A stretch of DNA of 64,000 nucleotides, taken from assembly GCA_965222375.1 (NCBI GenBank), contig CBDCTZ010000016.1, positions 1,280,001 to 1,344,000 on the forward strand, written 5' to 3'. This DNA is from Polyangiaceae bacterium (lineage in GTDB: Bacteria; Myxococcota_A; Polyangia; Polyangiales; Polyangiaceae). This document shows positions 1-7,693 of this stretch, piece by piece (position 1 is the first letter of the stretch; every line of letters starts with the position of its first letter). A model generated the notes under the pieces. That model worked only from the letters and a program-made list of their open reading frames with translations. It was not told the origin of the DNA and ran no database searches. The position numbers were made by a program, and so were the translations under genes.

Positions 1-2044
1 CCAGGCGCCCGAGGCTGACCGCGTCGCCGGGCGCGTTCTTCACGACAATCTTGAGGGTGCGCTCCGCGTCCGCGTAGCGACGCAGGCGTACTTGAACCTC
101 AGCGAGCAAGCGCCCCGACTCCAGATCCGGCGGCTTGCTTCGGAGCTTTCGCGCCAAGGGTGCAGCCCGTTGCTCCAATTGGCCCGAGAGGCTCCACAGC
201 GTGACGATGTGCTGTCGCGCTTCCCTCTCGACGTATTTGTTGCCGCCGGAATCCAGCAACAGCTTCTCCCAGATCCGGCGTGCTTCTTCGTACTGTCTGT
301 TGCGCGCCTCTTTGCTGCCGGCAGCGGAACCTGTCCGCTCCAGCGCCAAGGCGTAGGCTTTCTTGTACTTCAAGCTTTTCGGCTTGAGCTTCATTGCCGC
401 GCGGAGGGCCTTGATCGCCTCCTTGGGCATGTCGTGCTCTAGATAGACTTCGCCCAGGGTGTGCTGGGCGCGGGCCTTGTCGGGCACCAGCGTTTTGATC
501 CGGTTCCAGGTCGCCAGCGCCTTCTTCTTGTCGCCCTCCTGCCAGTAGCGAGCTCCGAGTTCTACGAGATGGCGCGGGTCTCGGGAGCCCATCTTGCCCA
601 GGCGCTGCAGCACCGCGAGGGCGCGCTGCTTTTCCTCGACTCGTTCGTAGAAATCCACGAGGGCCGCGAGGGTTTCCTCGTCCTTGCCGGAGCGTCCCTC
701 CAGCTGCTTCAGGTGCTCCAGAGCCTTCTTGCGGTCGCCTCGCTGGATCAGCGCCTCCGCCAACTGGAACACATAGTCGGGATTCCGAGGTGCTGCTCGA
801 ATCAGCGCGGCGTACTCACGAATGGCTTCGTCGAGTTCGCCCTGGATCTGAAGCAGCTGCACTACCTTGAGTCGCGTGCCGATGTCCTTGCTCTTCTTGG
901 CTAGCGCCTTCTTGTAGGTCTTGAGCGCCTTCTTGACCTGGCCCGTCTCTTCATACAGTCGACCCAACATGCGGATCTCTTCGAACTCGCGTGCGCCGCG
1001 CTTCTCGATTTCAGCGACCAGCTCCCGAAGGCGGTCCTCGGCGCGATACACCTCGGTGATGATCTCGTAGATCTCTGCGCGAATGCCCGATTGCGCGCCG
1101 GCTATGCGCAGCGCGCGGCGCAGGGTCTTCATGGCCTCTTTGCGTTGACCCTTCTTGGCCAGCGCCTTGCCCAGATCCCGAAGCGCGGGCGCCAGCACCC
1201 GGTTGTCACCGGATGCGGCTTTGACCACGGAGCGGTACTCGGTGATGGCCCGCGCATAGTCCGCGCGCAGCATGAACTCTCGGGCTAGCTCGCCCTTTAC
1301 GTAGAAAGAGCCCTTGGCGCGTTTCACCAGCGCCCGATGATGCTTTTTCGCGTCGGCGAAGCGCTTCAGATCCAAGCTGAGTTGCATCATCGTGCGAAGG
1401 GTCTGCTCTTTTTCCGCATTGGATTTGAGAAGTGGGAGGGCCTTCTCATAGCGTGCGAGGGCCCCAGCTTTGTCGCCGCGGTCGAAGAGCACATGGGCCA
1501 ACGCCATGCTGGCCGCTGGGTCATTGGGGTTCCTTGCGATGGCCTTTTCGTAGGTCGCAATGGCCCGCGCTCGCTGCCCGTCTTGCTTGTAGATCCCTGC
1601 AAGGGCGACTAGCGCATTGGGCTGCTTGGGATCGGCCGCGCGCTTTTCGAAATCCGCGACCAGCTTGTCGAGGTTGCCGTCGCGCTCGCGATACAGCCCG
1701 GCAAGCCTCTGGAGTGGAAACTGGGATGCCGGCTGGGACAACACGATCCCCGTGTAGCGGGCGATCAGCGCGTCCTTGCTCGGACCCTTTGCGCCAGGCT
1801 TCTTGCCACCGGGCTTCTTGCCGCCGGGCTTCTTGCCTCCCGGCCTTTTGCCGCCGGGCTTGGGTCGCCCTCCTGGGCGGAAGCCGCCAGGCTTCGGACG
1901 CTTCCCACCAGGCTTGGGCTTCTTCCGGCCCCCAGGATTGAATTGGGCTAGCACGGACGATGTGCTGCCGGGGGCGGCGGCCGGCGACTCGGCGAGGAGC
2001 GCGAAGGCGGCCAATACCGCGAGGGAGCGAGTTCGAAACCTCAA
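1..2044 (-). CDS. Large exported tetratricopeptide-repeat (TPR) protein, 3'-truncated by the window edge; not in the ORF track
   Basis: Manual translation from TTG at 2044: MRFRTRSLAVLAAFALLAESPAAA (signal-like), QFNPGG, PGGKK repeats, then TPR-like helices (ALVALAGIYKQDGQRARAIATYEKAIARNPND); same frame reads ...YADAERTLKIVVKNAPGDAVSLGRL at position 2. Confidence 0.8.
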   Translation of the reverse strand, partial: MRFRTRSLAVLAAFALLAESPAAAPGSTSSVLAQFNPGGRKKPKPGGKRPKPGGFRPGGRPKPGGKRPGGKKPGGKKPGGKKPGAKGPSKDALIARYTGIVLSQPASQFPLQRLAGLYRERDGNLDKLVADFEKRAADPKQPNALVALAGIYKQDGQRARAIATYEKAIARNPNDPAASMALAHVLFDRGDKAGALARYEKALPLLKSNAEKEQTLRTMMQLSLDLKRFADAKKHHRALVKRAKGSFYVKGELAREFMLRADYARAITEYRSVVKAASGDNRVLAPALRDLGKALAKKGQRKEAMKTLRRALRIAGAQSGIRAEIYEIITEVYRAEDRLRELVAEIEKRGAREFEEIRMLGRLYEETGQVKKALKTYKKALAKKSKDIGTRLKVVQLLQIQGELDEAIREYAALIRAAPRNPDYVFQLAEALIQRGDRKKALEHLKQLEGRSGKDEETLAALVDFYERVEEKQRALAVLQRLGKMGSRDPRHLVELGARYWQEGDKKKALATWNRIKTLVPDKARAQHTLGEVYLEHDMPKEAIKALRAAMKLKPKSLKYKKAYALALERTGSAAGSKEARNRQYEEARRIWEKLLLDSGGNKYVEREARQHIVTLWSLSGQLEQRAAPLARKLRSKPPDLESGRLLAEVQVRLRRYADAERTLKIVVKNAPGDAVSLGRL

Positions 2045-2285
2045 GACACCGTTAGACTAGTCCGAGGATAAAACGCCGCAAAGCACTGGACATATTTCCG
2101 GCACATTGGCCTTTTGACCCGGAAGGCCAGCTCTGCGTGGGTTTGTCCGGGATCTTCCGACTGACTGGCGATCGAGCCGAGTGCCTCTCCGGAGCCCCTG
2201 GCCTGGAAAGGCTTGCCGCGGGCGTCAGCCCGGCAGTCTGGGAACTCGAAGCAGCGCGGCGACCCGCCGCGTTAGCCTCGGGATG

Positions 2286-3176
2286 TCACTTCGTCGCTGT
2301 GAAGTTGCAGCTCACGGCGCCCCCGCAGGTGCCGGTCCAAGTCGACGCTGTGACAGCGGCGTTGCAGGTGAACGCACCCAGCGTGCTTTGGCACGCCAAG
2401 GTCATGTTGGCGATGGACACGGCTCCGGTGCATGTAGCGCCTCCCAGGCCGGTCCCGCAGGAGATCGACACCGCGCAACCCGTCTGCGCGACGGTGCAAG
2501 TCCCTGCTCCGCATGTGCCGGCGATCGTCCAAACTCCAGACAATGGCGGGCACGCCGGGTTGCCTCCGCCTGAGCCACCCGCACCTGCGCTGCCACCCGC
2601 ACCTGCGCTGCCACCCGCACCTGCGCTGCCACCCGCACCTGCGCTGCCACCCGCACCTGCGCTGCCACCCGCACCTGCGCTGCCACCCGCACCTGCGCTG
2701 CCACCCGCACCTGCGCTGCCACCCGCACCTGCGCTGCCTCCCGCACCGGCGCTGCCGCCAGCTCCCGCACTGCCACCGGCGCCCGCGCTGCCGCCAGCTC
2801 CCGCACTGCCACCGGCGCCCGCGCTACCACCCGCGCCCGCGCTGCCGCCAGCTCCCGCACTGCCACCGGCGCCCGCGCTACCACCCGCGCCCGCGCTGCC
2901 GCCAGCTCCCGCACTGCCACCGGCGCCCGCGCTGCCACCCGCGCCGCCCGTAGCGGCTCCACCTGTATTGATGGCGCCGCCTGTGTTGGTCCCGCCTCCA
3001 GTTGCGTTACCACCGGTACCGAAGGCGCCGAAACCGCCGCTACTCGTGGCGCCGGTACCCGTCGCGCCGGTGCCCGTCGCGCCGCCCGTGCCGGTGTTGG
3101 TGTTGCTGTCGCTACCGCAAGCGAGGGGCAACGCAAGCGTGGCGAGACACAAACTAGAAAAGACGGGGATGCGCAT
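2286..3176 (-). CDS. Lipoprotein with long (GGSAGA)n linker and small Cys-rich C-terminal domain
   Basis: Lipobox LALPLAC, 20 GGSAGA units, 8-Cys C-terminal domain. Confidence 0.8.
   Translation of the reverse strand: MRIPVFSSLCLATLALPLACGSDSNTNTGTGGATGTGATGTGATSSGGFGAFGTGGNATGGGTNTGGAINTGGAATGGAGGSAGAGGSAGAGGSAGAGGSAGAGGSAGAGGSAGAGGSAGAGGSAGAGGSAGAGGSAGAGGSAGAGGSAGAGGSAGAGGSAGAGGSAGAGGSAGAGGSAGAGGSAGAGGSAGAGGSAGAGGSGGGNPACPPLSGVWTIAGTCGAGTCTVAQTGCAVSISCGTGLGGATCTGAVSIANMTLACQSTLGAFTCNAAVTASTWTGTCGGAVSCNFTATK
2575..2934. repeat. 18-bp in-frame tandem repeat, 20 units (9 perfect CCACCCGCACCTGCGCTG, then 11 variant units)
   Basis: Read directly; perfect copies 2575-2736; variant part has a 54-bp higher-order period. 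Confidence 0.95.
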
Positions 3177-3362
3177 TGTGAAAGCCTTTCAGTGTCCAAG
3201 CGAGGGAAGAGAATAGCGGTACCCAATACGTTCACCAACCGTCCGCGCCACTGCAGCGACATCATTGGTTTTTGGTCAGACAACTTGGAGGCACGTCCAA
3301 CAGATTCGGCGCGCAGGGTACCGTCGCGCACCACCGAGATCGTCCGAGAGCGCGCGGGGCCG

Positions 3363-3861
3363 CCGCCCCTGCTCGCAGCCCTTGCTGCGGCCGCCGTCTT
3401 CGTCGCTCGCTGAAGTGAATCTGATGACGGCAACCCGATCGCTGGCGGAGGCAGGGGTGGTGGCGCCAAGGGCGAACCTCAACGGAGTCGCCCAAAGCGG
3501 GTGGAACCGGGGAGGCGCTGATAGTCAGCGATACGAGCAAGAACGCGGCGACAGAGCTTCGCGACGCATTGCTGAGTGTCGCGACTGCGCCGCTTGCCTG
3601 CGACTACGCGCTCCCGATTCCTGATGATGGTGGTACGGCCATCGTAGGCAAGATCAACGTCGAGTTCACCGCTTCCAATGGGCAAAGCGCATCTTGACCT
3701 GGGTGCCGAGTGCCGCGGACTGCAACGAAGTCAGCGACGGTTGATACTACGGTAGTCCGAGCGCGCCGAGTCGGATCATGATTTGCCCGAACACCTGCAC
3801 GATCTTCGGCACAGGCACCTTGGATATCCTGCTCGGCTGCGACACCGTAGTCGTGCGCTGA
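3363..3861 (+). pseudogene. Decayed vWA-type lipoprotein gene (paralog of 35206..36405)
   Basis: Signal remnant LLAALAAAAVFVAR*SESDDG, then ANLNGVAQS/GGTGEALIV...LACDYALPIP...KINVEFT/...DG*YYG...IMICPNTC...LDILLGCDTVVVR*; two frameshifts, two in-frame TGA, vWA core missing. Confidence 0.8.
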
Positions 3862-3905
3862 CGTCCTTCGCACTCACGCGCTGGCGGCGCTCCACTCGCA
3901 CTAGC

Positions 3906-3947
3906 GCGAGATTAGGGCACCAGAGACGCACCAGTGCTCGACCCCAA
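3906..3947 (+). repeat. Dispersed 42-bp bipartite motif, copy A
   Basis: GCGAGATTAG-23 nt-CGACCCCAA; matches copies at 36459, 44929, 63065. Confidence 0.75.
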
Positions 3948-3979
3948 ATCCAGAAATGATCGGGAGGTTCTAGGAGAGT

Positions 3980-4882
3980 TCAAGGCGCGGGCAGCGGGGG
4001 TTCGCTACCCGGATTCGGGGGTGTGCCGCCACCCGGATTCGGGGGTGTTCCAGGGCCGCCGCCGCCACCTCCAGGCAGGCCGGGGATCACGCCACCGCAA
4101 GTCTGCGCACAATTGGTGACGAAGCACTGCAGGGCTTGGAACGCCTGCAAGCCGGCCTGAATATTGCCGTTGAAACAACCCAACAAGCACTGGAAGTCGA
4201 GACCGCCGCCACCGCCGAGGCAAGTCTGAACCGCGCATATCGCCCCGTCACGACAGGGTTGGCTGAACAAGCACTGTGCGACCCCCGGACACTTGTTCTG
4301 GATGCAGCTCACGCACGCGAGAGGGCCTGTTCCGCCGCTGCCGCCGGTGTTGGCGCCGCCGGTGCCGGTGATGCCACCGGTGCCACCACCGCCGCTGCCG
4401 CCCGTGCCGCTCGTTGGGCAGGGGCAACCCTCAGCTTGGCGACAAGCTCCGACCTGTTCTGCGACGTTGGTGGCGAGGCCGAAGGGGCCACCATTCTGAT
4501 CGATGACCTGCTGACAGGGTCCGTTATAGCAATCGAGGCCCACGCATCCGTTCTTGTCACCGCACTCAGTGATGGCGGTGCAGCCTGTTGCGGTTTGACA
4601 GTCCGCCCATGCTCCAGGACAGGAGTCGCAGGTGCATACCTGACACTCGGTGTCCGCCACGCAGCTGCCGCCACCGACGCCAGCAGACCCACCGATCCCT
4701 GCAACGCCCGCACTGCCGCCACTGCTACTCCCCCCAGAGCTCGTGCCCCCGACACCCGCGCCGCCTGCAACGCCCGCGCTACCTTCGGGTGGAACTCCGA
4801 AATCGATCGTCGATCGTCCGCAAGACAGAGCCAGCATGATGGCGCTGCTCGCCAGACCGAGCCGCAGAACGTCCGAGCGCAT
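3980..4882 (-). CDS. Gly-linker, Cys-rich lipoprotein
   Basis: Lipobox LALSC, two Gly-rich linkers, two Cys-rich helical modules (CxxC...C), GAGGAGG RBS upstream. Confidence 0.8.
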   Translation of the reverse strand: MRSDVLRLGLASSAIMLALSCGRSTIDFGVPPEGSAGVAGGAGVGGTSSGGSSSGGSAGVAGIGGSAGVGGGSCVADTECQVCTCDSCPGAWADCQTATGCTAITECGDKNGCVGLDCYNGPCQQVIDQNGGPFGLATNVAEQVGACRQAEGCPCPTSGTGGSGGGGTGGITGTGGANTGGSGGTGPLACVSCIQNKCPGVAQCLFSQPCRDGAICAVQTCLGGGGGLDFQCLLGCFNGNIQAGLQAFQALQCFVTNCAQTCGGVIPGLPGGGGGGPGTPPNPGGGTPPNPGSEPPLPAP

Positions 4883-5049
4883 TGGGCCTCCTCTTGCCGC
4901 GAAAGCGGCGGCGAGTTCATATCACAAATAGGACGCGCCAGCAGGTGCTGCGGGCCGGCGGTGGGGCAGCTGGCACGGAATTCTCAAGCACGCTTCGACG
5001 CCAAGACGAGCGATGAAACCCCGCTTGTTTGGCACATGAGGTGGCTCAA

Positions 5050-5856
5050 ATGAAGACAATCCGATCACACAACTGGTGGGTCTCGCTTCTCGGCTTGGTG
5101 GCAATCGCGAGCGGGTGCGGTGGCAGCTCGACGAGTGATCCTGGCGGAACCCAGTGCTCCTATGGCGGCGAAACCTACGACGTAGGCGAGCGTGTGGACG
5201 ACTTCTGTAGTAGCTGCGTCTGCGACTCGCTGGGCAACATGAATTGTACGTCCACGGGGTGCTCCGTGACCTGCACTTACGACGGCCATACTTACTCACC
5301 GGGTGCCGAGTTTCCCTCGAGTGACGGATGCAATCAGTGCACCTGCGGCGTGGACGGCGCAGTCCAATGCACGGACGAAGCATGCGCCACCTGCAGTCAC
5401 GGCGGGAAGATCTACCAACCGGGTCAGAGCTTTCCTGCTGGCGATGGTTGCAACGACTGCACGTGCCAGGACGACGGGCTCACTGTCTGCACGCAGCTCG
5501 CTTGCGCGTCGACTTGTACCTACGCAGGCAAGGTTTATAAGGAGGGCGAGACCTTTCCTGCGCTAGACGGTTGCAACAAGTGCACTTGCAGCAGCGGGCT
5601 AGCGTCTTGCACTGAGATCAATTGCCCCTGTGATCCGGGTCAAGAGTGGTACCGGGACTACGTTAGCAAGAGCCCCAAGGAGTGCGCGACCATCTCCTAC
5701 GCTTGCCCGGAGAATACGACGGCCTTCAGCAATGCCTGTGGCTGCGGCTGTGAGCAGGACCCCAGCTGCCCGCAGTGGTTCGACTGCATGCCGCCAGCAG
5801 GATGCAACGTCCCACAAATCAAGAAGCAGTGTCCCTACTCCGGCATCGCGTATTAA
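5050..5856 (+). CDS. Lipoprotein with four pacifastin/VWC-like Cys repeats
   Basis: Lipobox IASGC; repeats CxYxGxxYxxGExFPxxDGCNxCTCxxxGxxxCTxxxC; GAGGT RBS before ATG 5050. Confidence 0.8.
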   Translation: MKTIRSHNWWVSLLGLVAIASGCGGSSTSDPGGTQCSYGGETYDVGERVDDFCSSCVCDSLGNMNCTSTGCSVTCTYDGHTYSPGAEFPSSDGCNQCTCGVDGAVQCTDEACATCSHGGKIYQPGQSFPAGDGCNDCTCQDDGLTVCTQLACASTCTYAGKVYKEGETFPALDGCNKCTCSSGLASCTEINCPCDPGQEWYRDYVSKSPKECATISYACPENTTAFSNACGCGCEQDPSCPQWFDCMPPAGCNVPQIKKQCPYSGIAY

Positions 5857-5923
5857 AGGCTGCTTTGCGACCGCGGCCGGATGGACTTTGCGCGCGACCA
5901 AAGATCGTGATGCTCTTCGGGTC

Positions 5924-7603
5924 ATGGACACGCGAGAGGCGGACCTAGAGGACAAGATCGCGACGCTGGAATGGCTGCTGGCGGCCCGCTCGGACGCTGC
6001 AGAGATCCGCGCTGCAGGTGAAGCGCTCACCCTGTCGCTCGAGTTCCGCGCCACTGACGAGTTGATCGGGCTCGAAGCTGTCAATTCCGACACCCTCAAG
6101 AAAGCGCGCGAGATGCTGGTCGAGGCGCACACCGTTGCAGCCGAGATGGGTGACCTGGAAGCCTGCGTGGCTTTGGCGAGCGATATCTGGGAAAGCTTTG
6201 ACGAGGAGCGCGCTGAACTCGCGTACAACACCGCCAAGCGCGTCGAAGCTGATTCCCGCGCCGCTTACCTGCTTGGGGTTTTCGCCTTTCAAGGCTTCGG
6301 CCGTTCCCAGGATCACATCGCGAGCGTCGAGCACCATCGCCGTGCCGCCGAAGCTGGCCACCCTGGAGCGATGTTCGAGCTGTACGCGATGATCTCGCAG
6401 GGCTTGGGCTGCGAGGCCGATCAGGAGGAAGCGCTGCGATGGTGCGATCGCGCAGCGCGAGCTGGCAATCCGCGCGCCATGGCGAACATGGGTGGCTTCT
6501 ATGCAACCGGGCGTGGTGTGCAGCGCAATGACGCCTTGGCGCGGGATTGGTACGATCGAGCCGCGCGGGCGGGACATGGTCGCGCCGCAGCCACCTTGGG
6601 CATCATGTACGCCTCGGGCAGTGGCGCGCCGATGGTGCTGGAGAAAGCGCGTGCCTATTTCGACATGGCGGAAAGCCTGGGCTTCGATTGGCGTGCTCTG
6701 GCTAGCAACGCGGGCGTGGATCCGGAGGTGCGCGAACTGCAAGAAGACGCGATGACCTTGCGCCCGCCGCCGGTCGTGCCGCCCCCGGGACCCTCTACGG
6801 GAGCGCTGGCGCCACCGAAAGTGCCGAAGCTGGATGGGATTGATCTAGAGACGGATACCCTGGAGATCCCGGTGCCGAAAGAGCTCGAGGCGCATGCCGA
6901 GGCCGAACTCGCAAAAGCCGGCGCCTCCGGAGCCGCCAAGAAACCTGCCGCCGCCAAGAAGAAGAAGGCTGCCAAGAAGTCTGGCGCCAAAGCTGCGGAC
7001 AAACCCGCGGGCGCGGCTGCGAGCAAGAAGCCTGAAAAGAAGCCCGTGGCCAAGCCCGCCGAGAAGGGGGTGGCGTCGAAGAAGGCGAAACCCGCGAAGG
7101 CGAAGAAGTCGACCAAGGAGGCCGCAGCAAAGAAGGTGACCAAGAAGGTCGCGAAGAAGGCTGCGTCGAAGAAGGTGAAGGCGAAAGCGAAGGCGAAACC
7201 CGCGAAGGCGAAAAAGTCGACCAAGAAGGCGGCAGCAAAGAAGGTGACCAAGAAGGTCGCGAAGAAGGCTGCGTCGAAGAAGGTGACCAAGAAAGGCACT
7301 GCCAAGAAGGCGACATCGAAGAGGAAGACTAAGAGAGTCGCGAAGAAGCCTGCGTCCAAGAAGGCGGCATCCAAGAATGTGAGCAAGCGGGGCGCGAGGA
7401 AGCCCGCGACGAAGAGAACTGCAAAGAAGCCCGCAAAGCAGGCGAAAAAGACGACCAAGAAAGGCACCGCGAAGAAGGCGAGCAAAGCTAGACGCCCGAA
7501 GAAGCCGGGCGTGAGAAAGCCCGCCAAGAGAGCCGCGAAGAAAGCCGCGCCCAAGACGAGGGCGTCGAAGAAGAAAGCGTCGAGGGCTCGCCGGGGGCGC
7601 TAG
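5924..7603 (+). CDS. Sel1-like repeat protein with histone H1-like Lys/Ala-rich C-terminal tail
   Basis: Sel1 motifs (AMANMGGFYATGRGVQRNDALARDWYDRAARAG); about 220-aa KKAA/KKPA tail; no signal peptide seen. Confidence 0.85.
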   Translation: MDTREADLEDKIATLEWLLAARSDAAEIRAAGEALTLSLEFRATDELIGLEAVNSDTLKKAREMLVEAHTVAAEMGDLEACVALASDIWESFDEERAELAYNTAKRVEADSRAAYLLGVFAFQGFGRSQDHIASVEHHRRAAEAGHPGAMFELYAMISQGLGCEADQEEALRWCDRAARAGNPRAMANMGGFYATGRGVQRNDALARDWYDRAARAGHGRAAATLGIMYASGSGAPMVLEKARAYFDMAESLGFDWRALASNAGVDPEVRELQEDAMTLRPPPVVPPPGPSTGALAPPKVPKLDGIDLETDTLEIPVPKELEAHAEAELAKAGASGAAKKPAAAKKKKAAKKSGAKAADKPAGAAASKKPEKKPVAKPAEKGVASKKAKPAKAKKSTKEAAAKKVTKKVAKKAASKKVKAKAKAKPAKAKKSTKKAAAKKVTKKVAKKAASKKVTKKGTAKKATSKRKTKRVAKKPASKKAASKNVSKRGARKPATKRTAKKPAKQAKKTTKKGTAKKASKARRPKKPGVRKPAKRAAKKAAPKTRASKKKASRARRGR

Positions 7604-7693
7604 GTCGTGGCGCCGATGGGTGCCGGTCAACCAATGACTCGTGCCCCCGACCGTCGTTGACATCGCGCACGGTTCGAGATTCAGTCCGGCCGC

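Noticed and set aside
2575..2934. Possible CRISPR array
   Set aside because: Contiguous in-frame coding repeats with no unique spacers and no cas genes.
2137..3216. Long Pro-rich ORFs (e.g. PPAPAL repeats; also 21786..22622 and 18321..18776)
   Set aside because: Antisense shadows of Gly-rich lipoprotein genes, which have lipoboxes and sensible architecture.
3742..3744. TGA at a conserved Trp position as recoding or alternative genetic code
   Set aside because: The same gene has frameshifts and a deletion, and TGA is used as a normal stop throughout the window.
4971..4986. TGGCACG as a sigma-54 promoter (also at about 47597)
   Set aside because: No GC at the -12 position with the required spacing.
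6655..7663. Hydrophobic Phe/Leu-rich minus-strand ORFs that look like membrane proteins
   Set aside because: Reverse complement of the AAG-rich Lys tail.
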